Of a stretch of 33,516 nt of DNA, positions 24,919-33,516 are shown piece after piece (position 1 is the first letter of the stretch; the number at the start of each line of letters is the position of its first letter). This DNA comes from Oscillospiraceae bacterium. Its GTDB lineage: Bacteria > Bacillota > Clostridia > Oscillospirales > Oscillospiraceae. Location of the stretch: assembly GCA_029009035.1 (NCBI GenBank), contig JAQXJQ010000144.1, forward strand, positions 1 to 33,516, read 5' to 3'. A program made the translations under genes and the position numbers. Under the pieces are notes generated by a model. The model saw only the letters and a program-made list of their open reading frames with translations. It was not told the origin of the DNA and made no database searches.

Positions 24919-25795
24919 AGTCCTCACCTCCCATCTCATAGATAAAGATCTCCTCCAGGCTCAGGGGCAGGGTCTCGGCAAAGAGGGGATCATATGCCGC
25001 GAAGCGGTTTGTGATCTCCTCCGCGCTCCCCCGGAGGATGTAGGTATACACACGCCCCATATTGGAACGGTGGAGCACCGTGAGGTCCTCCGGCAGCTCC
25101 GGAGGCTCCTCGGTCCGGAAGGCGATCTGCAGCTTGACGGTGCCCCCCTGCAGCTCGCTGAGGGACCGCTCCAGCGCCACCTTGCCGTGGCTCAGAAGGC
25201 CCACATGGTCACAGACATCCTCCAGCTCCCGGAGGTTGTGGCTGGATACCAGCACCGTGGTGCCGTACTCCGCCACATCCCCCATGAGCAGCGACCAGAC
25301 CTGCCGGCGCATCACCGGGTCCAGGCCGTCCACCGGCTCATCCAGCAGCAGATAGTCCGGGCGGCAGCACAGAGCCAGCCAGAAGGCGGCCTGCTTCTGC
25401 ATGCCCTTGGACAGGCGGCGGATGGGGTGGCGCTCGTTCACGGCGGGGAAGGCCTCCTTCAGCTTCTCATACCGCTCCATGTCGAACCTGGGGTAGATCC
25501 CCTTGTAAAACCTCATCATGTCCCGGGTGGAAGCGGAACCGAAGTAATACACATCATCGGGTATGACCGCCATGCGGGATTTCACCGCGGGATTTTCGTA
25601 AATGGGCTGCCCCTCCAGGGTGATCTCGCCGCTGTCCGGGCGGTACACCCCCGCCAGATGGCGCAGAATGGTGGACTTGCCCGCGCCGTTGGGGCCTACC
25701 AGGCCGTAAATGGCCCCCTTGGGCACCGTCATAGTGAGGCCGTCCAGGGCGTAAAAGCCGTCGAAGGACTTCACCACCTCTTTGACTTCGATCAT
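24893..25795 (-). CDS. ABC transporter ATP-binding protein (YtrB-like)
   Basis: GPNGAGKST, LSKGMQKQ signature, LLLDEPVDGLDP, VSSH. Confidence 0.93.
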   Translation of the reverse strand: MIEVKEVVKSFDGFYALDGLTMTVPKGAIYGLVGPNGAGKSTILRHLAGVYRPDSGEITLEGQPIYENPAVKSRMAVIPDDVYYFGSASTRDMMRFYKGIYPRFDMERYEKLKEAFPAVNERHPIRRLSKGMQKQAAFWLALCCRPDYLLLDEPVDGLDPVMRRQVWSLLMGDVAEYGTTVLVSSHNLRELEDVCDHVGLLSHGKVALERSLSELQGGTVKLQIAFRTEEPPELPEDLTVLHRSNMGRVYTYILRGSAEEITNRFAAYDPLFAETLPLSLEEIFIYEMGGEDYAVRDIML

Positions 25796-26163
25796 TTGCG
25801 CTTCTCCTCCTTTCGCGCGGCACAGTGGGCCGCGATCTCCTCCGGGGTGACCCCCAGCTCCATCAGCTGGTCCGCCAGCGTGTCCAGCTGGGCCAGCAGT
25901 GCCTTCTTCCGGTTTTCCCGGATCTCATCCCCGTCGGCGGCAAAGCTGCCCTTGCCGGGGACGGAGTAGACATACCCCTGCTGCTCCAGCGTCTCATAGG
26001 CCCGCTGGATGGTGTTGGGGTTGATGGCCAGCTCCGCCGCCAGCTGCCGCACCGAGGGCAGCTTTTCCCCCGGCGCGATGGCGCCCGTCACCAGCAATCG
26101 CCGGAGTCCCTCCTGCACCTGCTCGTAGATGGGCCGTCCGTCCCGGTAGTTCAGTTGAAGCAT
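25792..26163 (-). CDS. GntR-family regulator, YtrA subfamily
   Basis: PIYEQV, LPSVRQLAAELAINPNTIQRAY, PGKGSF; 123 aa with short C-terminus. ATG 26163 follows AAAGGAG. Confidence 0.93.
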   Translation of the reverse strand: MLQLNYRDGRPIYEQVQEGLRRLLVTGAIAPGEKLPSVRQLAAELAINPNTIQRAYETLEQQGYVYSVPGKGSFAADGDEIRENRKKALLAQLDTLADQLMELGVTPEEIAAHCAARKEEKRK

Positions 26164-26181
26164 CCTACCCACTCCTTTCCA

Positions 26182-26208
26182 AACTGTATTAAGCGTGTTA
26201 GTACAGTT
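26182..26208. promoter_or_regulatory. YtrA-type operator
   Basis: AACTGTATTAA-GCGTG-TTAGTACAGTT, i.e. ACTGTA-N13-TACAGT, immediately downstream of the -10. Confidence 0.8.
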
Positions 26209-26237
26209 ACACTACCATGTTTTCTCCCCCCTGTCAA
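26209..26237 (-). promoter_or_regulatory. Sigma-A promoter of the GntR-ABC operon
   Basis: Minus strand TTGACA (26237-26232), 17 nt, TAGTGT (26214-26209) preceded by TGG. Confidence 0.7.
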
Positions 26238-26358
26238 CAGGAAACTGAAAATTTTCCGTCCCGCCCCATTTTGCAAGGCGCCCGGCCTCCGGTTTCAGAA
26301 TGTGGCTTTTGTCCAAAAAAGGCAGGAAAAATCGTGCAATCTACTTCAGTTTTTCGGG

Positions 26359-26387
26359 TTGTTTCCCGTTTTATTCTTTGCTATAAT
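26359..26387 (+). promoter_or_regulatory. Sigma-A promoter of glmU'-prs-pth-mfd
   Basis: TTGTTT (26359-26364), 17 nt, TATAAT (26382-26387) preceded by TGC. Confidence 0.72.
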
Positions 26388-26420
26388 TGGTGTGACCGCT
26401 CTGAGAAAGGAAGTCTGCCC

Positions 26421-27074
26421 ATGGATCTGGAAGAAAAGCGCGCCGCTCTGCTCCGCGCCGGCGTTCTGATGATGGACCCCTCCGCCGTCTATGTGGAGGA
26501 GAGCGTGGAGGTGGGCGAGGGCACGCTGCTGCTGCCCGGCACCATCCTGCGGGGCAATACCGTCGTCGGCAGGAATTGTGAGCTCGGCCCCAACACCATG
26601 CTGGTGGACTGCACCGTGGGCGACCATGTCACCATCAACTCCTCCCAGTGCAATGAGAGCGTCATCGCAGACCACTGCGAGGTCGGCCCCTTTGCCCATC
26701 TGCGTCCCCACAGCGTGCTGGAAAAGGGCTCCAAGATCGGCGCTTTCGTTCAGCTCAAAAACTGCAACCTGGGCGAGGGCACCAAAATGGCCCACCTCAC
26801 CTATGTGGGGGACTCCGATGTGGGCGCGGGGTGCAACTTCGGCTGCGGCACCGTCACCTGCAACTACGACGGCAAGGTAAAGGAGCGCACCAAGATCGGC
26901 AGCAATGTGTTCATCGGCTGCCAGACCAAGTTTATCCCCCCTGTCAGCGTGGGCAGCGGCGCCTATATCGCCGCCGGCACCACCATCACCGAGGATATCC
27001 CCGAGGATGTGTTCGTCATCGGCCGCTCCCGGGCTACCGTCAAGACCGACTGGCAGGATAAGCGCAAAAAGTGA
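26421..27074 (+). CDS. glmU: GlmU C-terminal domain only (left-handed beta-helix glucosamine-1-phosphate acetyltransferase), 217 aa
   Basis: GPFAHLRP, HLTYVGD, NFGCGTVTCNYDG, IAAGTTIT, C-terminal W. Sits upstream of prs. No LAAG.GTRM uridyltransferase domain. Confidence 0.88.
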   Translation: MDLEEKRAALLRAGVLMMDPSAVYVEESVEVGEGTLLLPGTILRGNTVVGRNCELGPNTMLVDCTVGDHVTINSSQCNESVIADHCEVGPFAHLRPHSVLEKGSKIGAFVQLKNCNLGEGTKMAHLTYVGDSDVGAGCNFGCGTVTCNYDGKVKERTKIGSNVFIGCQTKFIPPVSVGSGAYIAAGTTITEDIPEDVFVIGRSRATVKTDWQDKRKK

Positions 27075-27141
27075 ACCGGCGCGGGCAACGCGCTGCATAT
27101 AAAGAAGAATATCAAATATACAGAGAGAGGAAGTTTCTGTC

Positions 27142-28107
27142 ATGATTTCACACGGCAAGGATATCAAGATCTTCTCCGGCAGTTCCAACAAGGCGCTGGC
27201 TGAGGCCATCTGCAAGGAGATCGGCATCCCTCTGGGCAACTCCGAAGTGGGTACCTTCTCCGACGGCGAGTGCTTCGCCTCCATCTATGAGACCGTCCGC
27301 GGCTCCGATGTCTTTGTGATCCAGTCCACCAACACCCCCGTGAACGACAACCTCATGGAGCTGCTGGTCATGATCGACGCCCTGCGCCGCGCCTCCGCCG
27401 GCCGGATCACCGCCGTGATCCCCTACTTCGGCTACGCCCGTCAGGACCGCAAGGCCAAGCCCCGCGATCCCATCTCCGCCAAGCTGGTGGCCAACATGAT
27501 CACCGCCGCCGGCGCTGACCGCGTGCTGACCATGGATCTCCATGCCGCTCAGATCCAGGGCTTCTTTGATATCCCCGTGGACAACCTGCTGGGTTCCCCT
27601 GTGTTCGTGGACCACTTCCTGCGCCGCTACGCCGCCGTCCATGACCAGACCATGGTGGTCTCCCCCGACGTGGGCTCCGTGGCCCGCGCCCGCGCCTTCG
27701 CCCACAAGCTGGATATGCCCATGGCCATCGTGGACAAGCGCCGCCAGAAGGCCAACTCCTCCGAGGTCATGAACATCATCGGCGATGTGAAGGACAAGCA
27801 CGTCATCCTGCTGGACGACATGGTGGACACCGGCGGGTCCCTCTGCCACGCCGCCAAGGCTCTGGTGGAGATCGGCGGCGCCAAGTCCGTCACCGCCTGC
27901 GCCTCCCACGGCGTCCTCTCCGGCCCCGCCTATGACCGCATCAACGAGTCCGTGCTGGACGAGGTCCTGTTCCTGAACACCATTCAGCCCCGCGCCGACA
28001 TCGCTGAGATCTGCCCCAAGATCAAGTACCTGTCCGTGGCCCATATGTTCTCCGACGCCATCGAGCGCATCTACGAGGGCCGCTCTGTTTCCAAGCTGTT
28101 TACCTAA
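27142..28107 (+). CDS. prs: Ribose-phosphate pyrophosphokinase
   Basis: FSDGE, PYFGYARQDRK, DLHA.QIQGFF, VSPDVG, DDMVDTGGS. Confidence 0.97.
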   Translation: MISHGKDIKIFSGSSNKALAEAICKEIGIPLGNSEVGTFSDGECFASIYETVRGSDVFVIQSTNTPVNDNLMELLVMIDALRRASAGRITAVIPYFGYARQDRKAKPRDPISAKLVANMITAAGADRVLTMDLHAAQIQGFFDIPVDNLLGSPVFVDHFLRRYAAVHDQTMVVSPDVGSVARARAFAHKLDMPMAIVDKRRQKANSSEVMNIIGDVKDKHVILLDDMVDTGGSLCHAAKALVEIGGAKSVTACASHGVLSGPAYDRINESVLDEVLFLNTIQPRADIAEICPKIKYLSVAHMFSDAIERIYEGRSVSKLFT

Positions 28108-28125
28108 TCCGATTTCCGCTGTTTC

Positions 28126-28154
28126 AGTGGGGCGAGAGACTCTCTCGCCCCACT
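28126..28154. other. Intergenic palindrome between prs and pth
   Basis: AGTGGGGCGAGAGA-C-TCTCTCGCCCCACT; no U tract. Confidence 0.6.
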
Positions 28155-28175
28155 CACACTATTTGAGGTATCTGT

Positions 28176-28763
28176 ATGCTGTTTCAAAAGAAAGCGCCTG
28201 TGTCCTGGCTGGTGGTGGGCCTGGGCAATCCCGGCGAAAAATATGAGCAGACCCGCCACAATGTGGGGTTCATGACGGTGGACGAGCTGGCCGACCGGGG
28301 CAATTTCCCCGTCCAGCGCCTGAAGTTCCACGCCCTCACCAACACCGTGGTCATCGGCGGGCAGGGCGTGCTCATCATGAAGCCCAACACCTTTATGAAC
28401 CTGTCCGGCGAGGCGGTGGGCGAGGCCGCCCGGTTCTACAAGCTCCCCGCCGAGCGTGTGCTGGTCATCTCCGACGATGTGGACCTCCCCGTGGGCAAGC
28501 TGCGCATCCGCAAAAGCGGCTCCGCCGGCGGTCACAACGGGCTGAAGAGCATCATCCAGCACCTGGGCAGCGACCGGTTCCCCCGGCTGAAGATCGGCGT
28601 GGGGGGCAAGCCCCATCCCGACTACGACATGGCAGACTGGGTGCTGGGCAAATTCCAGGGCGAGGACAAAAAGGCCATGGACGCCGCCGTCAAGCGGGCC
28701 GCCGACGCGGTGGAGTGCCTGCTGCGCCACGGCGCGGACAAGGCGATGAATCAGTTTAACTGA
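28176..28763 (+). CDS. pth: Peptidyl-tRNA hydrolase
   Basis: VGLGNPG..Y..TRHNVGF, KPNTFMNLSG, DDVDLP.G, GGHNGLKSI. Confidence 0.97.
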   Translation: MLFQKKAPVSWLVVGLGNPGEKYEQTRHNVGFMTVDELADRGNFPVQRLKFHALTNTVVIGGQGVLIMKPNTFMNLSGEAVGEAARFYKLPAERVLVISDDVDLPVGKLRIRKSGSAGGHNGLKSIIQHLGSDRFPRLKIGVGGKPHPDYDMADWVLGKFQGEDKKAMDAAVKRAADAVECLLRHGADKAMNQFN

Positions 28764-28819
28764 AGCGACACGGCGCCCCCGTGGGAGACAACACCGTAAA
28801 TCATTTTCTCGAGGTCATT

Positions 28820-31800
28820 ATGAAGCAACTGCTGAACATTTTAGACGAGGTGCCGGAATTCGGCCAGCTGCTGGCCAATCTGGAAAACGGCCGGTCGCCG
28901 GTGGCGGTGTCCGGCCTTTCCCCCGTGCACCGGGCGCACTTCGCCGCCGGGCTGGGTCTGCGCACCCAGCGGCCGGTGGTGCTGGTCTGCGCCGATGAGA
29001 GCGAGGCCGTCCGCCTGGGCGAGGACTACACCGCCTTCACCGGCATTCAGCCTCTGCTCATCACCGGGCGGGAATTTCTGTTCCACGACGGCGCCACCGC
29101 CTCCCGCCAGTGGGAGCATCGCCGTCTGGCCGCCTTCCACCGCATGACCACCGAGGATGTTCCCCTGATCGTGGCCACCATCGAGGGCCTCCTGCAGCGC
29201 ACCCTCCCCCCGGAGGAGCTGGAGCGCCATGTGATCACGCTGGACCACAAGGGCCGCTACGACCTCATAGAGCTGACCGAACGCCTCGCCGCCCTGGGCT
29301 ACTCCCGGTGCGAGCAGGTGGAGGGCGTGGGGCAGTTCGCCCTGCGCGGCGGCATTCTGGACGTCTTTTCCCCCGCTCAGGACTACCCCGTCCGGGTGGA
29401 GTTCTGGGACGAGGACGTGGACTCCATGGGCCTGTTCGATGTGTCCTCCCAGCGCCGGGTGGCCCAGGTAAACCGGGCCGTGTTCCTCCCGGTGAGCGAG
29501 GTGCTCCCCGTCTTTCACGAGGGCACCTGGGAGCGGCCGGGCGACCGGCTGCTGCCCACCCGCTATGACCGCCTCGCCACCGCCGCCCACTTCCTCCCCC
29601 CCGACGCCCTCATTTGCTTCTCCGAGTCCGGCCGGGTGGCCGAACGGGGCAAAAACTGGCTGTGGCAGCTGGGGGAGGATGTGAAGGCCCTCATCGAAAC
29701 GGAAAAGATCCAGGGCAAACAGGCCGTTTTTGCCGCGGGAATGGACGATCTCATGGCGTTTCTGTCCGACTTTGCCCTGTGCTTCCTGGACTCCTTCGCC
29801 ACCTCCTCCACCCCCCTGCCCCCCCGGGCCATCCTCACGGTGCAGGCCCGGCAGCTCTCCTGCTTCGGCATCAGTCTGGACACCGCGCTGGCCGACCTCA
29901 CCCACTATCAGAACGCCGGCGCCGGCGCCATCGTGCTGGTGGGCAGCGAGCAGCGGGCCCTCAATCTCCAGGCCATGCTCCGGGACCACAAGGTCCGCTC
30001 CGCCGTGGACTTCCAGCTCCATGAGCTGCCCAAGCCCGGCGGCATCACCATCGCCGTGGGCGGACTCACCGCGGGCTTTGACTATGTGGGCTGCCCCTGG
30101 GCGGTGCTCACCGAGGGGCAGAGCGAACCGCGGAAAAAGGGCAAGCGGCTCAAACACGCCGCCGACCGGCGAAAGATGGACTCCTTCACCGACCTGTCCC
30201 CCGGCGATCTGGTGGTGCACGAGCACCACGGCATCGGCCGGTTCGTGGGGCTGGTGAAAATGCAGGTGGACGGGGTCCAGAAGGACTATATCAAGCTGGC
30301 CTATGCCGGCACCGACACCCTCTACCTCCCCGCCACCCAGCTGGACTCCATCTCCAAATACATCGGCGGCGGCGAGGACAACGAGAACAAAAAGCTGTCC
30401 AAGCTGGGGGGCGGCGACTGGGAACGGGCCAAAAAGCGCACCAAAGCCGCTGTGAAGGACCTGGCCAAGGGCCTCATCCAGCTCTATGCCCAGCGCCAGC
30501 GCCAGCCGGGCTACGCCTTCTCCCCCGACTCCCCCTGGCAGCGGGAATTCGAGGATGACTTCCCCTATCAGGAAACGGAAGACCAGCTGCGCTCCGTGGC
30601 GGAGATCAAGCGAGACATGGAGACCCCCCGGCCCATGGACCGCCTGCTCTGCGGCGATGTGGGCTACGGCAAGACCGAGGTGGCCCTCCGGGCCATCATG
30701 AAGTGCGTGCTGGACGGCAAACAGGCCGCCATTCTGGTGCCCACCACCGTTCTGGCCCGCCAGCACTACCTCACCGCCAGGAGCCGCTTTGCCAAATACC
30801 CCGTGGAGATCGATGTGGTCTCCCGCTTCCGCACCCCCGCCCAGATCAAATCTGCCCTGGCCGGCGTGGCCGACGGCAGCGTGGATGTGCTCATCGGCAC
30901 CCACCGCCTGCTGCAGAAGGACGTTCAGTTCAAGGATCTGGGCCTGCTGGTGGTGGACGAGGAGCAGCGCTTCGGCGTCACCCACAAGGAGCGGCTCAAG
31001 GAGATCACCAAACAGGTGGATGTGCTCACCCTCTCCGCCACGCCCATCCCCCGCACCCTCAACATGGCCCTGTCGGGCATCCGGGATATGTCCGCCATCG
31101 AGGAGCCTCCCGCCGAGCGCCAGCCGGTGCAGACCTATGTGATGGAGCACAACTGGTCGGTGCTGGCGGATGCCATGCGCCGGGAGCTGGAGCGGGGCGG
31201 ACAGATCTACTACCTCCACAACCGGGTGGACACCATCGAGCGCACCGCCGCGCGCATCAAGGAGATGCTGGGCGAACACGTGGAGGTGGCGGTGGGCCAC
31301 GGCAAAATGAGCCAGGATGAGCTGTCCGATGTGATGACCCGGATGAGCGACGGCGATGTGGATGTGCTGGTGTGCACCACCATCATCGAGACCGGCATCG
31401 ACATCGCCAACGTGAACACCCTCATCATCGAGGACGCGGACAAGATGGGCCTTGCCCAGCTCCACCAGATTCGGGGACGGGTGGGCCGCTCTCCCCGGAG
31501 AGCCTACGCCTACCTCACCTACCGCACCGGAAAGGTGCTCACCGACATCGCCGCCAAGCGCCTTGGCGCCATCCGGGAGTACGCGGAGTTCGGCTCCGGC
31601 TTCAAGATCGCCATGCGCGATCTGGAGATCCGCGGCGCGGGCAACCTGCTGGGTCCCGAGCAGTCGGGCTTTCTCATGAGCGTGGGCTATGACCTCTACC
31701 TTAAGCTGCTGGAGGACGCGGTGCTGGAGGAAAAGGGCGAAAAGCCCGCCCGCCTGCCCGAGTGTACCGCCGACCTCAACGTCTCCGCCGCCATCCCCGA

Positions 31801-32224
31801 CCGCTATGTCCCCTCTGCCGAGCAGCGGATGGATCTCTACCGCCGCATCGCCCGCATCCGCACCGCCGAGGACGCCGACGACATGACCGACGAGCTCATC
31901 GACCGCTTCGGCGATCCCCCCAGGCCGGTGAACAACCTCATCTCCGTGGCCCTCCTCCGCGCCCAGGCCGCCCGGTGCGGCATCACCGACATCAGCCAGA
32001 AGGACGCCAATGTGTCCCTCACCCTCACCCAGGTGGATCTGGAGCTCATTTCCACCCTGGCGGGCAGCTTCGCCGGGCGGCTGCTCTTCTCCCCCGGCAG
32101 CAAGCCCTCCCTCACCATCCGCCTGAAGAAGGGGGAGGACCCCCTGCGCATGGCGGACAGCGTGGTGAGCCGCTATCACGCCCTCCTGCAGGAGAAAGAG
32201 GCCAAAAAGGCAAACGATTTGTAA
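28820..32224 (+). CDS. mfd: Transcription-repair coupling factor
   Basis: UvrB-like RGGILDVF, RID VVHEHHGIG, CGDVGYGKTEVA, VVDEEQRFGV, SATPIPRTL, QIRGRVGR, DLEIRGAGNLLG. ATG 28820 follows GAGG. Confidence 0.97.
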   Translation: MKQLLNILDEVPEFGQLLANLENGRSPVAVSGLSPVHRAHFAAGLGLRTQRPVVLVCADESEAVRLGEDYTAFTGIQPLLITGREFLFHDGATASRQWEHRRLAAFHRMTTEDVPLIVATIEGLLQRTLPPEELERHVITLDHKGRYDLIELTERLAALGYSRCEQVEGVGQFALRGGILDVFSPAQDYPVRVEFWDEDVDSMGLFDVSSQRRVAQVNRAVFLPVSEVLPVFHEGTWERPGDRLLPTRYDRLATAAHFLPPDALICFSESGRVAERGKNWLWQLGEDVKALIETEKIQGKQAVFAAGMDDLMAFLSDFALCFLDSFATSSTPLPPRAILTVQARQLSCFGISLDTALADLTHYQNAGAGAIVLVGSEQRALNLQAMLRDHKVRSAVDFQLHELPKPGGITIAVGGLTAGFDYVGCPWAVLTEGQSEPRKKGKRLKHAADRRKMDSFTDLSPGDLVVHEHHGIGRFVGLVKMQVDGVQKDYIKLAYAGTDTLYLPATQLDSISKYIGGGEDNENKKLSKLGGGDWERAKKRTKAAVKDLAKGLIQLYAQRQRQPGYAFSPDSPWQREFEDDFPYQETEDQLRSVAEIKRDMETPRPMDRLLCGDVGYGKTEVALRAIMKCVLDGKQAAILVPTTVLARQHYLTARSRFAKYPVEIDVVSRFRTPAQIKSALAGVADGSVDVLIGTHRLLQKDVQFKDLGLLVVDEEQRFGVTHKERLKEITKQVDVLTLSATPIPRTLNMALSGIRDMSAIEEPPAERQPVQTYVMEHNWSVLADAMRRELERGGQIYYLHNRVDTIERTAARIKEMLGEHVEVAVGHGKMSQDELSDVMTRMSDGDVDVLVCTTIIETGIDIANVNTLIIEDADKMGLAQLHQIRGRVGRSPRRAYAYLTYRTGKVLTDIAAKRLGAIREYAEFGSGFKIAMRDLEIRGAGNLLGPEQSGFLMSVGYDLYLKLLEDAVLEEKGEKPARLPECTADLNVSAAIPDRYVPSAEQRMDLYRRIARIRTAEDADDMTDELIDRFGDPPRPVNNLISVALLRAQAARCGITDISQKDANVSLTLTQVDLELISTLAGSFAGRLLFSPGSKPSLTIRLKKGEDPLRMADSVVSRYHALLQEKEAKKANDL

Positions 32225-32241
32225 ACAATGCCCCGTCAGCG

Positions 32242-32270
32242 TTGCCTTTTCCCTCCCGCCATGCTACAAT
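32242..32270 (+). promoter_or_regulatory. Sigma-A promoter of the foldase gene
   Basis: TTGCCT (32242-32247), 17 nt, TACAAT (32265-32270) preceded by TGC. Confidence 0.65.
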
Positions 32271-32307
32271 CCCAAGTGCATTTTTAATCCGGATTGGAGA
32301 TATTACC

Positions 32308-33465
32308 ATGAAAAAGCGTCTGATCGCCCTGCTGCTGTGCGCCGCCATGAGCCTCTCTCTGGCCGCCTGCGGCAAAACCTCCGCAGAGCCCTCCGCCTCT
32401 GACGAGCCCTCCGCCTCCCCCTCCCAGGAGATCGTGGCGGATCTGAGCCAGGACATCCTCACCTTTGCCGCCGGCGACTTCGCCAAGCAGACCGATGTCA
32501 TGACCATCGGCGGCAAGAGCATCTCCACCCCCATGTTCCTCTACTGGGTGGCTCTCAGCTGCAACTTCTTTGAGATGCAGTACTATTACTACGGCCTGAC
32601 CCTGGCGGATTACGCCGACTACATTCTGCAGGACGCCTGCTCCGTGGCGGCATACTACACCATACTGGGCGAAAAGGCCAATGAGCTGGGCTGCCCCCTC
32701 ACCGACGAGCAGTGGGCCAGTCTCCGGGAGGAGATGGAGCTGGACGATCAGACCGTCCAGCAGCAGCGCATGGATCTGTTCGGCCTCAACGAGGAGGAGC
32801 TGCTGTATGTCTACTCCCTGGACCAGCTCTACCAAAATCTGATGAGCACCCTCTACCCCACCGTGTCCGATGAGGAGCTGAACAACTACGCCTATCAGGC
32901 CAAGCACATCCTTATCAAGATCTACGACACCGACGCCGACCCCATCACCAGGGAGGACGGCACCCACGGCTACCCCCTGCTGGACGAGGCCACCGTGGCG
33001 GAAAAGACCGCCCTGGCCAACGACATCCTCAGCCAGCTCAGGCAGGCGCAGAAGGACGGCAACCTGGAGGAGGTCTTTGACCGCCTGATGAACGAGTATT
33101 CCGAGGACGGGCGCACCGAGGACGGCGCCCTCGCCGCCCCCGACGGCTATACCACCACCCGCGGTCAGATGGTGGCCGAATTTGAGCAGGCCGCCCTGGC
33201 TCTGGAGCCCGGCGAGATCTCCGAGCTGGTGGAGACCGTGTACGGCTACCACATCATCCTCCGCGGGGAGCTGGAAAATCCCGAGGAGTACCGGGAGAGC
33301 TACCCCAGCTATATGCTGGACAAAGACATGAACGCCTGGGTGACGCAGGCCGGCGTCGAGACCTCCGACGCGCTGAAGGACCTCAACGCCGCCGATTTCT
33401 ACGCCCGCCTGGTGGCATGGCAAAAAGCCTATGCCGATGCCAACGGCCTCAACGACGAGGGCTGA
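32308..33465 (+). CDS. PrsA-like parvulin peptidyl-prolyl isomerase lipoprotein
   Basis: Signal peptide MKKRLIALLL... with lipobox LAAC, S/P/A linker, AKHILI, YSED, MVAEFEQAA..L.PGEIS..VET.YGYHII. Follows mfd. Confidence 0.88.
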   Translation: MKKRLIALLLCAAMSLSLAACGKTSAEPSASDEPSASPSQEIVADLSQDILTFAAGDFAKQTDVMTIGGKSISTPMFLYWVALSCNFFEMQYYYYGLTLADYADYILQDACSVAAYYTILGEKANELGCPLTDEQWASLREEMELDDQTVQQQRMDLFGLNEEELLYVYSLDQLYQNLMSTLYPTVSDEELNNYAYQAKHILIKIYDTDADPITREDGTHGYPLLDEATVAEKTALANDILSQLRQAQKDGNLEEVFDRLMNEYSEDGRTEDGALAAPDGYTTTRGQMVAEFEQAALALEPGEISELVETVYGYHIILRGELENPEEYRESYPSYMLDKDMNAWVTQAGVETSDALKDLNAADFYARLVAWQKAYADANGLNDEG

Positions 33466-33491
33466 GGCCACAAACACTTCCGCACACCCCT

Positions 33492-33516
33492 GTCCGGCGG
33501 AGCTGCTCCGCCGGAC
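33492..33516 (+). terminator. Hairpin after the foldase gene (any tail cut off by window end)
   Basis: GTCCGGCGGAGC-T-GCTCCGCCGGAC. Confidence 0.5.

Noticed and set aside
26217-26420. Upstream in-frame extension of the glmU ORF as a decayed N-terminal domain
   Set aside because: The translation has no resemblance to the uridyltransferase domain, and it spans two promoters. The RBS supports ATG 26421.
28108-28175. Absence of rplY/ctc between prs and pth
   Set aside because: Direct prs-pth linkage is common in Clostridia, so it is not unusual.
32380-32425. Duplicated GAGCCCTCCGCCTC in the foldase gene
   Set aside because: It encodes an ordinary low-complexity EPSAS tether after the lipoprotein cysteine.

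Overview
GC-rich chromosomal window from a Clostridia-class Firmicute. Sigma-A promoters, AGGAG ribosome-binding sites and gene order suggest Oscillospiraceae, but this is inference only. It is mostly conserved housekeeping blocks: ylmH (partial) behind an ABC exporter; AEC transporter-ytvI-comEC-holA-rnmV; gdpP-rplI-dnaB-tilS-hpt-ftsH-lepB-membrane protein-metG-EamA-tatD; csp; a stand-alone HD hydrolase; a YtrA-type GntR/ABC operon; and glmU(C-terminal only)-prs-pth-mfd-prsA-like. I found no rRNA, tRNA, CRISPR array, transposase, phage or defence gene. The most notable signals are: (1) a csp leader with an intrinsic terminator and a mutually exclusive anti-terminator downstream of a near-consensus promoter; (2) a GlmU with only the acetyltransferase domain but intact promoter and RBS; (3) a ~1.5 kb patch (21.6-23.1 kb) of non-coding palindromic elements, including 47-bp direct repeats around the HD gene and a REP-like inverted doublet; (4) a GdpP with the DHHA1 GGGH motif changed to GGGN; (5) divergent promoters sharing one TTGTCAA -35 element. 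I see no unambiguous new multi-gene system. Family assignments rest on motifs recognised by eye, and no database search was run.
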